64,000 nucleotides of DNA from the human T2T-CHM13v2.0 reference genome, Homo sapiens (GCF_009914755.1 NC_060931.1), one strand, 5' to 3'. Shown: positions 1-17,779, counted from the first letter of the stretch. Notes: generated from the sequence alone by a model not told the origin. Numbers and translations are program-made.

Positions 1-3578
<3,578 letters not shown>

Positions 3579-4410
3579 TGGGCAAAGTACATGAACAGAC
3601 ATGTCTCGAAAGAAGGCATACATGCAGCCAACAAGTATGAAAAAAATGCTCAACATCACTAATCATTGGAGAAATGCAAATCAAAACCACAGTGAAATAC
3701 CATCTCACACATAAGTCAGAATGGCTACTATAAAAAAGTAAAAAAATAGCAGACGCTGGTGGGGTTGTGGAGAAAAGGGAATACTTATATACTGCGGATT
3801 AGGATGTAAATTAGTTCAGCCACTGTGGAAAGCAGTATGGAGATTTCTCAAAGAACTTAAAACAGAACTACCATTTGACCCCGCAATACCACCACTGAGT
3901 ATATACTCAAAGGAAAATAAATTTTTCTACCAAAAAGACATAGGCACTCATATGTTCCTTGCAACACTGTTCACAATAGCAAAGACATGGAATCCACCTA
4001 GATGCCCATCAAGAGTGAACTGGATAAATAAAATGTGGTACATACACCATGGGATACTACACAGCCATTAAATAAAAAAAAAACACCTCCCTTGCAGCAA
4101 CATGGCTGCAGCTGGAAGCTATTGTCCACAGTAAACTAATGCCAGAACGAAAACCAAATACCACGTTTTCACTTACCAGCAGGAGCTAAACATTGAGTGC
4201 AAATGGACATAAAGATGGGTACGAGAGACACTGGAAATGACTTGAGGAGGGGGTATGAGAGGGGCATGGGTTGAAAAACTACCTATCAAGTACTGTGCTC
4301 ACTAACTTGGTGATGGGATAATTTGTAACAGCATCAAGCAATTTACCCATGTAACAAATCTGAACATATATCTCCTAAGCCTAAAATAACAGTCAAAAAA
4401 TGGGGAAAAA
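3579..4410 (+). mobile_element. L1PA16/17-like 3' end (right part of the host element)
   Basis: Diverged ORF2 C-terminal region and 3'UTR ending ...tacccatgtaacaaatctgaacatata...ctaaaataacag. Confidence 0.8.
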
Positions 4411-6171
4411 AAGAATGACAATGCAGTGTTTGGTTTAGTATATGACTAGAAGAGCACAAACATCAGGAAGGGAGAAATTGCAATGTATTACTGTAATATT
4501 CTTACACAACACATGAATATTATTTGAAAATAGATTGTGTTAAATCATAGATACAAACTATGGACACTAAACATGCAAAATAAATTATAGCTAATAAACA
4601 AATTAAAGAGATAAAATGGAATAATACAAACATTCATATAATCCACTCAAAGTCAAGAAAAAAATGAAAAGTAAACAAAGATCAGTTGGAATAAATAGAA
4701 AACAAATAGTGAGATCATACTCTTTAAAAATCTAATCTTATAAATAATTACATTTAATATAAATGGTGTAACTGCCAATTCAAAGGCAGTAACTTTCGAA
4801 TGGAACAAAAAGCAAGACCCAATTATATTCTTTCTGCAAAAAACAATGCACTTCAAATATAAGACAAAAATAAAATAAGTAAATGAATGTAAAGACTATG
4901 CCATGCTAACTCTAATAAAATGAAAGTTACACTGGTTATATAAATATAGAAAGTATATTTCAGATCAAAGAATATTAACAGGGAAGAAGAGAAAAAGAAG
5001 GTTTTACATAATGTTAAAGGTATAATTTTATGAATTGGACCTCACAATCTCAAATATTCGTGTACCTGATAATGCAGCTTTAAAGTATATAACAAAAAAA
5101 CTGATCAAACAGGAAGAAATAGACAAATCTAGAAGTACTGTCAGATATTTCAGTATCCCCCTATAATTGACATTAAATGCACACAGAAAATTATTAAGCA
5201 TCTACAGAACTTGAACAGTGCTACCAACTGACTTAACCTAATTGAGTTATAAAACACACGGAACCAGAAACAGAAGAATACACATTCTTTCTGAAAGCAC
5301 AGAGAACATTTACAAAGATGGACTATATTCTATCCATAAAGTTTAAAGGGTTAATGTATACAATGACATCTGATAACAAGAAAATTAAATTAGAAATCAA
5401 TAACAGTCAGATATTTAAAAAATCCTCAAATTTTGGAAACTAAATAATTCATAGATAAAAGAAGAAATTGAGAGTGGGTCAAAAATATTTACCAAAATAA
5501 AAATTAAAATACAATGTACCAAAATTTATAAGATGCCACTAAAGCAGTACTTATTAATGAGAGGAGAATTTAGGGCATTAAATACTATAAAGGTACCAAA
5601 TTAATGACTTCACCTTTATTTTAAGAAACTAGAAAAAGAAGAGCTCGAATTTGTGGTAGAAAGGAAAGAGTAAGTACTGGAGTGACAATCAATAAAATAG
5701 AAAAGACAAAAGAAAAAATAAATGAAGCCAAAAATTCGTTCTTAGAATGAGTAATAAATGTGATAAACATTCAGTCATACTTACTAGGGAAAAAATGGGA
5801 GAAAACATAAGTTAGAAATATCATGAATTAGAAGTGACATCATTGAAGAGTCTACAGACATTAAAAGAATGATAAGAAAATATATTTTTATAGTCTTAAC
5901 ACCATACATTCAGTTACCTAGATAAAATGAACAAATAAATTTCTTGAAAGTCACAAAGTATAAGTGCTCACTGATAACTGAATACATAAATAATGTTAAT
6001 ATATTGATATCAATTTATTAAGTTAGATTTGTAGGAAAAAAAAAAAAACTTCTCACAAGAAAAACTCCAGATACAGATAGCTTCACTGGAGAAGAAAACC
6101 AAACATTTCAAATAAATAATACCCATTATACACCAACTCTTGAAGAAAATTTAAATGAAAGAAATGCTTCC

Positions 6172-6564
6172 TGCCTTAGTCTGCTTTGATTGCCATATAA
6201 AATACCAAGACTGCATGGCTTAAACAACAGAAATTTATTTCTCAGAGTTCTGAAGGCTAGATAGCCTAAGGTTAAGATGTGAGTAATATAAGATTCATTC
6301 TGAGTACTCTTGAGTCGTAAGTAGTTGCCATCTCTGTGTGCCCACAAGACCTCTGGACACACAGAGAGGAAGGGAAAGAAAGAAAGCAAATTCCCCCATG
6401 TGTTTTCTTATAAGGGCACTAATCCTATCATGAGGGTTCTAATCCTTCTGACCTCACTCTGACCTTAATTACCTCCCTACAGCCCCATCTCTAAACACCA
6501 TCACACTGGGAGTTAGGACTTAAACAAATAAATTTTGTGAGAACACAAAAGTTCAATTCATATC
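6172..6564 (-). mobile_element. MaLR solo LTR (MLT1A/B-like)
   Basis: tg..ttagtctg...ggcttaaacaacagaaatttatttctcagagttctgaaggct...ccatcacactggggagttaggac; TG...CA ends; cttcc/ctttcc flanks. Confidence 0.8.
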
Positions 6565-6894
6565 ACTTTCCAACTCATTCTATAAAAATAACATTACCCT
6601 GATTCTAAAACTAGTTTAAGATATTACAGGAAAAGCACAGACCAATATCCCTCATGAGTGTAAATACTAAAAATCTAAAGAAACTTAGAGAAAATTGAGC
6701 TCAATGACATATTTTTAAAAAGACAATACATCATGATCAAGTGGAATTTATCCTGGGAATGCAATACTGGTTTATCAGAGGATCTGTCAATGCAAATCAC
6801 CATATTAATAAGCCAAAAAAAACAAACAAAAAACCAAGTTACATATAATAATTTCCATGCAGAAATACTTTTGACCAAATTCAACTTCCATTTC

Positions 6895-7035
6895 TTTTTT
6901 GTCGTTGTTGTTGTTGTTGTTGTTTATTTTGAGAGAGTGTCTCACTCTGTCACCCAGGCTGGAGTGCAGTAGTAAGAACACGGCTCACTGAAGTCTCAAC
7001 TTCTGGGGCTCACACTATCCTCCTGCCTCTGCCTA
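6895..7035 (-). mobile_element. Alu right-monomer fragment (FRAM/AluJ-like) with (GTT)n tail
   Basis: gtctcactctgtcacccaggctggagtgcagt; imperfect TSD ccaaattcaacttccatttc / ccaaatcaacatccatttc. Confidence 0.85.
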
Positions 7036-7059
7036 CCAAATCAACATCCATTTCTTAAG

Positions 7060-7290
7060 TATTTGATAACACAACATATTAAATTAAGTAATAATTTAAT
7101 TGTACATTAAAAATAACTAAGAGTATAATTGGATTGTTTGTAACACAAAGGATAAATGCTTGAGGGGATGGATAGCCAGTTTTCCATGATGTGATTATTA
7201 TACATTGCATGCCTCTACCAAAATATCTCATGTACTCCATAAATATATAAAGCTACTGAGTACCCAGAAAAAAATTAAAAATAAAATTTT
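7060..7290 (+). mobile_element. L1MA2/3-like 3' end
   Basis: gagtataattggattgtttgtaacacaaaggataaatgcttgaggggatggat followed by an A-rich tail. Confidence 0.8.
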
Positions 7291-8616
7291 AAACTTTCAG
7301 CAAACTAGAATTAGAAGAGAACTTCTGTAACTTAATAAAGGGCATGTGTGAAAAACTTACAAGTAATAGTTCTACGTAATGACTTTGGATCTGATTACAG
7401 GCCTGTATTCCATTACAAAATCCACCTAACTGCGTGCTTAAAATCAGTAAATTTTGTTTTATATAAATGATATTTCAGTGAATCTGGTGAAAAGTTACAT
7501 TATAAAATCTCTCATGTAGAATGTTATTTTACCTTGCACGCTACTAATCATTATCAGAACATCACCTATAAATTTTTATTGAAAGGGGCTTCTCACCCCC
7601 TCCTCCACACACAAACTACTCCATTTTAAAACACAAATCATGACAAATTATTCCTTTCATCAAGAAAAATGGTGTCTATGTAACTTATTCCCAAGTGTTG
7701 TAATCTATTTTCTTCAGTGATATCTTCCTGCCAACAATTCATCATATTTTGTTTTCAGACCTTTAACAATGATATAAATTTTATGTATCAAAAATATTAT
7801 AACAACCCATTTCTACTTATGTGTCAAATCTTTCCTCCTAATTATTTTATTTCTTCCACTTAATAAACAAATGCCCCGGGTTATTACAATTTGCTTTTCC
7901 CCTGGAGAGTTTTATACACTTTATTTACACTGCCTCACCAAAATTATTAACAAGAATATCTTATTATTATTACATTATAGTGTCCCCAGGCAGAACCTGA
8001 AGTCTTGCTGAAACTAAAAGCTGGCAGAAGCTATTGATATTTTTATACAGTTCCAGGTAAGACAATAGAGAGAGGTTAGCATAAAGAGCTGAAGCTATTT
8101 GGGCTTCTTAATGCAACATAGATGAAAAGAGTCAAGAATGTAGTCCCAGCCTACCAAAAAAATAAAAACAAGAAAATTAGAGCAGGTGATAGAAAACCAG
8201 GGTCAGAACAAAACTGACAATTAAGGGTTGCAGATAACTGCAAACCAAGAGTCAGAGACTTGAGAGCAATGTCAACAAAGGTAGAGGAATTTGGGACTAA
8301 TACATCAGCGAATTACTGGGATCTTCAGAATCAAAACAAAAATGAAATAGGAAGCATTCACAAGGTTTAAACTTGAAAAAGTATGCCTGGATCAAAGCAT
8401 CTATTTGCAGATAATTACCCCCAAGTTTCTGTCTACAATCACTAACTTTAATCAAATGCTCCTCTGATATGCCCGTGCTCACATAGGCCTTGCTCTTCTG
8501 GCCCTGCAATACTTTGGACCAGAAAACAGATTGATGCAATGAAGGGAGGAGAATCAGAATGAACAGTTTAATTAAAATAACATTTTTAGCTGAATTCTCA
8601 AGGTATTTACGTCTAA

Positions 8617-9096
<480 letters not shown>

Positions 9097-10909
9097 TAGC
9101 AGACTAGAGTTGTAGCCTACATAAGAATGTGGCTATAATTTTGCATATCCTTGGCTTCTCACTCTGCCCAGTCTTTATTTCACAGTAGCAGCAATCACAT
9201 ATTGACAAGACGTATTGTTTAGAAGACTTTTCTAAGACTTACAGAAAGTGCTTGCTAGAAGTATGTCTTGGATTATAATATCATTATTAATACAGCAATA
9301 GTGTTTAAAGAGTATTCCAGGATTCCAATGAATGTATTTTAGGCAACAGAGTTAAGAGCTCTTGTCCAACTGGGCTTGTTGAACTGTATCTCTAGTCATC
9401 ATTGTCCCATTTGTTCTTAATAGAGTTATCACTTGAATGAAATGAAATTCTAAGCAAAATAAAATAATTTGAGTTAGGTCAGGAAGAGAAGTTCTGATTT
9501 GAGAAAGCTACATAGAGTTCAGAGAAGCTGAGAGAATCTAGAGAATCTCTGGGTTCTTCGTTCTTCCCACTCACTACACAATATACACAGAAATTTACCC
9601 TTAAAATTTCATCTCTCACTTTTTTCTTATCATTAATATTTTTTTCCTATTTCACCATTTTCCTGAATTCTGTTTATATTTAGTCTTACTACAGAACTTA
9701 CTGGCTACTAGGTTGTAATTTAGAAGGACATTTCCTTGCAGATATATTCTGGAAGATGTCACTATCAGCAGCAGAAATTCAGCTGTCCTGACCAATAAGA
9801 AACATTCCGTTGGTCTTTGCACAAGAATGTGCCCACTTGGACTGTTTAATGAATTGTAGGTCTCACAAATTGCAGCCACTGTGTCTAAGGAATGTTCTCT
9901 CTCATTAAACAAATTATATTATTTCTAGGCCTCCCCCACACTCAAAACATACTCAATTTTCTTAATGACTCTGTAAGACAAGGTTTAGATAATACAGAAG
10001 GCATGGATATAGTATGATACTGAGGTCATAACAAATATTCAAAGTGACTCATGGAGTGTTAGCCACAGGGATTTGCCTCCTCTCTGAGGGATTTTGTTTT
10101 TGTAGGTTCACTCATAAAGATTAAAAGAAATAGGCAATGGGACAGTAAACTGGAAAATATATTTGAAGACATAATTCAATTTCTATCCAGTGGCAAAAAA
10201 AAAAAACCAGCTAAGACGTTATAATATTGTCTCTGCCTTTTAATTCTCTAAGTGAAACCAGACTATCATGTAATAAATCTACTTTAAAGCGATTCTTTTA
10301 AAGGTAAAAAGTTGAAGGTAACCACAGAGAAGAATTTTAACCTTATGAGTAATAATCTAAAATGGTTTTTGTATTTATGTCTAAAACGAATGCATTGTCG
10401 GAGCAATCTGACCACGCAAATTCCTGTTACTGACGGGCAGAGCTGGGATTCCTGTTGTAAGCCTGATGTGGCTGTCTTCCTCTCCCTGTTCCATTTCTAG
10501 AAGTTGTAATGTTAAGATGCCACAATGCCTGCTGATGGTACTAGACAGAGTATTGCAGATGTTCTTTGAATACAAATACTGCCTGCCTCACATACCCGTG
10601 AGAATAGCCGCAGAATGGAGGCCATGATTAGAGGATGGAATTCAATGACCATTACTCCTGCTTATGTTATTAATTAGAAACATTCTACACATAAACAAGA
10701 GTTTCGGAGGAGCCTGTTATTAATGTAACAAAGAGATCTTTTCAGTATCTGCCATTTACACACACACGGTTCTCAGTGATTCCCAGAAATTGTTAGTAAC
10801 AGTAAAATCAAGTTGTTTAGAGCGCATGGCCAGATTTTTCTCATTTCCCAACCTCTGTGCAGAGCATGCTGGAATGAGTTATTGAGGGAAACTCTAAGAA
10901 TAGAAATAC

Positions 10910-11120
10910 TATTAATTCATGCATGTATAAAGTGCTTAACAGCTTACAAAACACATGCATACCTGCTACCTCATTAATCTTCACAACCATAAGAGATATG
11001 TTACTGATATTATTGCCATTTTACAAAGAAGAAAAAAAGGAGGTTTGGGAAGCATAAATAACTTTATAGGATCACATGGCTATTAAAAAGTGGAGTTGGA
11101 GCTACCATTTATATTTTTGA
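10910..11120 (-). mobile_element. MIR
   Basis: ctcattaatcttcacaacc...gccattttacaaagaagaaa core-like sequence. Confidence 0.65.
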
Positions 11121-11802
11121 TTGCAAGTGTGGGGAGTATCTACACTGAACTAAAAAATGACCAGCTAGCTCCAAAATAGAAAATACCTATAATTAGGCAT
11201 GGTCCTCTCTGAACATAGCAAGTTATCTTTGCTGAATGCTAGATGTACATTCCACACATAGAAGCAGAGAGGGCATTGGTGGAATTTGGTGCTTCTCCAA
11301 GCAGTGCTCCTTAGAATGCGATTCACATATTGGGTTGGTCTGCTGTTCGTAACTGGTCTCAAAGGAGATAAGTGCCAACATGGAGAGTAAGCATTTGGAA
11401 TGTGGCATGGCAACTTCACAGAGTAAATCTGTATCTGTTGAATGACAAAAAATTGGAGTTTATATTTTGAATGTCCTTTTAAAAAAGTTTTATATTTTGT
11501 ATTCATTTATGTTTATTGTATTTTACAAAAGGAGCAGCCCACAAGAAATTGTGGGAAGAAAATGGTTCCTCTCCCAGTTTTGCGTGCATGAGAAGCTCCA
11601 CTTCAGGGGAGACTCACCTTGCCAAACTAGAGAATGCATCTGTGTTCAAATTCCTCAGGACATCCTTAACAAGCTGTGTTCCACTCCACTGAATTGGCTT
11701 CCCGTGGATTCTCTCTGAAGGGCCCCTACATATTGTTTCCTGAGGAAACCTGAGTTTACACCAACATATCCTTGTCTGTAATGACCACTTCTGAAGAGTG
11801 GT

Positions 11803-12404
11803 TGCATTAGTTTTCTCTTGCTGTGTAAAAAGTTAGCCCAAACTCACTGGCTTATAACAACACCCATCTATTATCTTACAGTTTTGGTAGGTCAGAAGGC
11901 AGGGCACACATAACTGAGTCCCCTGCTCAAGGCCTCACAAGGTTGAAATCGACATGTTGGTAGGACTGCATTTTCATCTGGAGTTCAAGGTGCTCTTCCA
12001 ACTCAGGTATGTTGCTGGCAGAATTCAATTTCTTGTGGCTGTAGGACGGAAGCCCTGTTTTCTTGCTGTCAGCCAAGGAGTGCCCTCAGGTCCTAGAAGC
12101 TGCCTCAGGTCTTAGCCACATGGAGCTCACCAGAGGCAGTTCACCACATTTGTTTTCTTCCAAAGGAGTGGGAGAGAGATTCCAGTGTGTGACCTTCTTT
12201 TAAAAGGGTTACCTGATCAGGTTAGGCCCACCCAGGACAATCTCCCTTTTGATTAGCTCAAAGCCAACTGATTAATAGCCTAATCAATGACCTGGTATCC
12301 TGTTATGTTCATTGGTCCCAACAACAGTGAAACCGAGAAGATTATACCTGGCATGTATGTTCAGATGAGAATTTAGGGTGCATTTTAGAATTCTCACTAC
12401 CACA
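11803..12404 (-). mobile_element. MaLR solo LTR (MLT1E/F-like)
   Basis: attagttttctcttgctgtgtaa...tggcttataacaacacccatctattatcttacagtt...caggttaggcccacccaggacaatctccc...gaattctcactaccaca. Confidence 0.8.
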
Positions 12405-14897
12405 GAGGTCGACACTTGATAAAAAGACACAAGGAAAATGCATTGCTCTATGAACTTGTCTTGCTACTCTCTTTAAAAAGTTTGCCTGGTAATACTATTA
12501 ATTAAAATGTGTTACATTTCATTTATGTTGAACTTCACTGATTCCATTCCAGACTCTGCCCTCAATTTCAGAGAAGGAAGAATCATCTGTCTTAAGAGGT
12601 GTTTTGATCTTAAAATGCCAAAACAACAGTCTCTAGAGCCTTCATGAATCAAATTCAGACCCATCAATGTTTTCTACTGTGGCACTGCCAGATTGCTGGA
12701 ATTATACTCATTACATCCAGCAGTTATGGGACTATGGGACTGTAAATGGAATAGAGCACATAATCTTAGGATGAGGTCAGGAGAAGTCAGACTTTGAAAC
12801 TAACAAAATGGACACATAGTACAATGCATGACAGCATCTGTAACACTTCTTGGAGTGAAGTCTTTTAGATAATTTACTTTGGAAACTAAGGCACCAAAAC
12901 CAAGATAAAATGAAGTAAACTACAATCTTAGAAATCATAATAGTTCTGTCACTAGGTAATGTTATAACAGGAGGTTTGAACATGAATAAAAAATGCTGGA
13001 GAAGAAGTCATCAAAAATTAGAATTTTGCAGTCTCCAGTACTATTTAAAGACAATGAAACTCAAAATCATTGACTTAAAAAAAGAAAGCAATACCTGTGG
13101 TGGTTACACACAATATGAAGGAGTATCACTGAAGCTTAATAACTTTTCTCTTAATACCATTCAATTCTGTTCATTAGCAATAGGCACTAGCATTTATATG
13201 GTACTTTCAAAAAGAATATTTCATGTTTTTATAGACACACTTCAATTTATTCTAAGCTTAAAGTGTCAAAACCTCCTTCTCATGATGGTTTGTTTTGTCA
13301 AGTAGATTGTCTTAGTTAAAAAAAAAAAAACAGACAAAAAAAGCAAGCAAGAAAGGTACTCTATGCAATAGTTAGAACCCTTTGGTGCTGCAACGAACAA
13401 ATTTCTTCTAACTAAATTAAAGTGGCATTCACAAAAAGGATGACAAAGGACAATTCTTAAAAAGACATATAAACATGACATACAGATGTAAACACATGGA
13501 AGATTTGGAAGATTTTATTTAACTCATTAATTAATAAGAGAAATCATAGATGCTGTAACTATTTCAAAAAGCACTCAAAGTATCACACACTCAGTCTTAT
13601 TAGAAATGCTGAAACATTTACAATGGATGCAAAAACTAATAAAACTGATTCATATTTAATATCCACAGATTGATAATCAATTGCATTCCACCAGACATAA
13701 TTTGGATTTCTATGGACAGGAATCATTTGCATTGCTATTGGATTTCTACAGGTTAACTTCTTGTCAGCATTGTGAAACAGCCTAGTTAAAAACAGAATAA
13801 AATGAAGGCAGACACCTCTACAGGATCAGACAATCCTTGGAGGTTTCAGCATTTCACTGAAATGATATCCAGCAATCTCTTTTGCCCATTTCAAAATCTT
13901 GCCCTTGTATATAGAAAGATTTCCTAGACAACAAGTAAAGGATTCAGCAAGACTCTAGGAACAGGCCTGGACTGGCATGCATTATTGAACTTAAAATATA
14001 TTTTGCCTCCACTTTGGCTTTTTACATGCTTGCTCTCTCTTGCTGAGTACTTATTTTCTCTCTTTACAAATCCAAATAGTGGATAATGGTAAGGAACTAA
14101 TTACTCTCAAGTTTATATGTGATATGTTGAAAAGCCCAGCCAACATTACTAATTTTTACATTACAGTGATGCAACCCAACCCTGAGGGTATAGTTACTCT
14201 TAAATGAACAGAATACACTAAATTTTTGACCTGAGCAGCATAATCTGGACTTCTTTGTGCTCTACCAAAGAATAACTACTTAGTGAGGCCCACAGAGAAA
14301 GAAGGAGGTGAATCAGTTAACATTAACATCAGTGGAGACAATCATATTATCCTCTCAGCCATGGCAAAGGGCTGGAGATGAGGGGGCTATTATAAACTAA
14401 CTTTATTTTTACCAGTTTAGTGATCTTGTATAGATCAAAGTTTACAATTATCTGCCCTTTTGGGGGGTATAAATACTAAACTTAGAAATTCTAACTTTCA
14501 AATTAATGTATCTTTTTACTCAACCTTTCCTTTCCTAAAGACAGGCTTCCTGCTCCAGATTTGCTAACAGAAGGGGACACTGTGGGAACATCTTGATAAT
14601 TGAGACATCGTTAGTCTAATTACTTATATCACACCCCTGCTTCACCTTCACCCTCCCCCATTTCTTGGAGAAGCATCTGCTAAATGTCAGTAGTTAAGAT
14701 GTGTCAGACAGAATCCAGAACTGCATAGCTTAGTTTGCTGGGAGGTAGCCAGAGAGGAGAAGAGGAAGAAAAATATTCCTTTCTTTCAAATTCTTTTTTC
14801 AGTTGTTATGCTGATTGTTTTACAAAAGAGAAGAGTCCAACAAAAATCTAAAGATAGATAATTTTGTGCCTGAGTGAGTATGCGTGAGCACATTGGC

Positions 14898-14948
14898 GGG
14901 GGGGGGGGGGGGGGGTTGTGTGTGTGAGAGAGAGAGAGAGAAAGAAAG
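14898..14948. repeat. G18 homopolymer followed by (TG)n(GA)n microsatellite
   Basis: 18 consecutive G at 14898-14915, then tgtgtgtgtgagagagagagagag. Confidence 0.95.
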
Positions 14949-15326
14949 ATTTGCCAGTCAGGCAACAGTAAAGGTATACACACATGCGGGAAAAGGCATG
15001 ACATCATTGGTATGATTCATTTGGTTGTTAATGATTTAATGGCTCTTTAAATAGGATGGAGAGTGGAACATATATAAAACTCAGCATACCACTTATACCC
15101 TGATGGATCAGACCTTAAAATATAGCTATTGAACTAGACGTCAGTCATTTCTAGGTCTGACTACCTGGGGAAGATAGCTATTACTAGCTGTTGATGGTCA
15201 AAATTATATATGTTGTATATAAAATGTAGAGGTAATAAAAATGTTCTTTTCTTCAAACACCACCACCTCATTTTCTAAGTAATGATGTCATCTACAATCA
15301 CTAAGTATACTTGTTCAATTCCACAG

Positions 15327-15464
15327 AGTGGTGGTTCTCAACTTGGGGTACCCGTAGAAGACAGAATTCCATTTCAGACTTACTGCATCAGAATACTCAG
15401 AGGAGAAGTCCATTTTCAAAACCCCATAACATATTCTTATCTACACCAGGGTTTGAGAACCACT
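15327..15464. mobile_element. MER5A-like hAT-Charlie MITE
   Basis: Terminal inverted repeats gtggttctcaa ... tttgagaaccac; internal cagacttactgcatcagaat. Confidence 0.7.
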
Positions 15465-16265
15465 TTAGAGAAGGCTCCTGGTCTCTCTGAGCAGCCAGAT
15501 CTATAATATCAGTAGCCATTACTAGGGAAAGGACATGTACAGTACAGGATGGGGATATAAAATGGGAAGAAAACAGTAATAAATGTTTTTGGAAAATAAG
15601 TAATCATGAAAGCACAAGTCATTTAATAACTTGTTCATTATAGTATAGAAAGACCAAGGGAAAATATAAATATATACATAATTTATCCTCTACCTACTCT
15701 CACTTTTAGTTTAGACCACCATTGACATGTTTCTCCTCACCAGACTAAACACAGGTAACTCTGTATTCTCAATGAGGGTAGGGACCTTGCTGTGCTCTTT
15801 GCTGTATTTTCAGTTTGGGGCATGTAATATGAATGTAAATATTTGTTGAACAAAAAGAATTATGTACTCAGAATCAGAAATAATTTTGGGTTATAACTTC
15901 TTTGACTTAGACACAATTTTTTAATTTTTGTTCTGTTCTGTTTGGCTAAGCTTCACTATTCCGAGAAATGATTATGGCGCAAAAACCCTTCACGTCTTGT
16001 CTACTTCATTCCATCACCAGGGACATAGAAGAGCTTTTACTACTCCACAGTGCCATATGCCTCTGAAGTCAAATGTCCCTCCATGTTCCCTAATGGGGAA
16101 CAAATTTTTCCATTTGTTCCCCGTTAAAATAATATAAAATTTTTCATCAAATTCATATTCTTTGCTCCAATATCTGAATTTTGTTTTCAGGGCCATTAAC
16201 AAAATCAAAAAAGTAAAATATAGTGGACAGATGCACCTTGTTCCTGCTCCTTTCCCCTGAGCATA

Positions 16266-17044
16266 TCTCATTCATTTATATATGAATATATATATTCCCC
16301 TGAGCATATATCATTCATATATATACACATATATGAATATATATACACACACATATATGAATATATATACACACACATATATGAATATATATACACACAT
16401 ATATGAATATATATACACACACATATATGAATATATATACACATATATGTATATATATTCATATATATGTATATATACATATATGTGTATATATATTCAC
16501 ATATATGAATATATATACATATATATGAATATATGTATATGAATATATATACACATATATGAATATATATACACATATATGAATATATATACACATATGT
16601 GAATATATATTCATATATGTGTATATATATTCACATATGTGTATATATATTCATATATGTGTATATATATTCACATATGTGTATATATGTATATATATGC
16701 ACATATATGAGTATATATACGTATATATGAGTATATATACATATATACGTATATATACTCATATATGAGTATATATACATACATGAGTATATATACATAT
16801 ATGTGTATATATACATATATATGAGTATATACATATATGTATATATATTCATATACATGTATATATATTCGTATATGTATATATTCATATACATGTATAT
16901 ATATACATATACGAATATATATACTCATATATGAATATATATACTCATATACATGAATATATATACACATATACATGAATATATATATACATATATATGA
17001 ATATATATACACATACATATATATGTATGTATGTATATGTGTGC

Positions 17045-17077
<33 letters not shown>
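16266..17077. repeat. AT-rich (TA)n-derived minisatellite (unit of about 20 bp, GAATATATATACACATATAT, in both orientations) ending in (TG)n
   Basis: Directly visible in the sequence; it produces the low-complexity YI/MN ORFs. Confidence 0.97.
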
Positions 17078-17084
<7 letters not shown>

Positions 17085-17779
17085 GTTCCTTAGTAGAAAG
17101 ATGTTACTTTTGGCCATGAAATCACCCACTTCTTCTTCCAACTGTAGCAAAATTAACACAAGTGGAACTTTTGCTCACTTCTCTTGTTTCTATAATTTAC
17201 TATGTGGTTCAGGCCTTTAGTTGAAACTGCTTTGAGTTATTAAAGGGAACAACATGTTTTCCTTTAACTGAACATTTTACAACATTTAATAAACCAAAAT
17301 AACTCATTCATAGAAATATATTTATTGGACATCTCCTATGCTTCAGGCACTGGGGTTACAAGTTGAATAAGGCACAGTCTCTGGACACTTTCTAGGGGAG
17401 AAGACATACAATCAATATGTGTAAATCAAGGATTACCATGTGAAAACTATCCTGGTAGAAATATTGATATGGTTCCATGAGAGTACAGAAAAAGGATAAC
17501 AAAACATGACTAGATTCTAAGGAAAGACTGCTTAGTAGAAGTGATGCTTGTACTGAAGCTTCGAAGACGCCAAAAAGCTACATGATAAGTATGTGTTGGA
17601 AGGGAGTAGAACACTCTTAAGGCAAACTGAATGACAGTATTAGGTATGAAAGTGTGAAATATAGGAAGACATATTTGGGAAATTAGAGTCTGGTACAGTT
17701 GGAAAGCATACGGAAGTGTGGAGGGAGATTGCAATACAAGCAGTAGAATGAGATGGAGAACGTATGGCAATTGAACAGA

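Larger units (their letters stand above)
4410..7480 (+). mobile_element. Ancient L1M (MC/MD/ME-type) inter-ORF/ORF2 relic interrupted by MLT1, an Alu monomer and an L1MA 3' end
   Basis: Degenerate ORF2 motifs: aaaactccagatacagatagcttcactgg (KSPGPDGFT-like) and catgatcaagtggaatttatcctgggaatgcaa ([11 protein letters not shown]-like). Confidence 0.75.

Noticed and set aside
9696-9760. Possible minus-strand micro-exon (cttccag...CCA|gtaagt)
   Set aside because: Weak pyrimidine tract and unrecognised peptide; within chance expectation.
13490-14150. Sequence reminiscent of ERV-internal or old MaLR fragments
   Set aside because: I could not assign a family or boundaries with enough confidence.
16268-17220. 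Several Tyr/Ile-rich ORFs and a regularly spaced repeat array (CRISPR-like at a glance)
   Set aside because: These are translations of a TA-derived minisatellite; there are no unique spacers and the context is eukaryotic.
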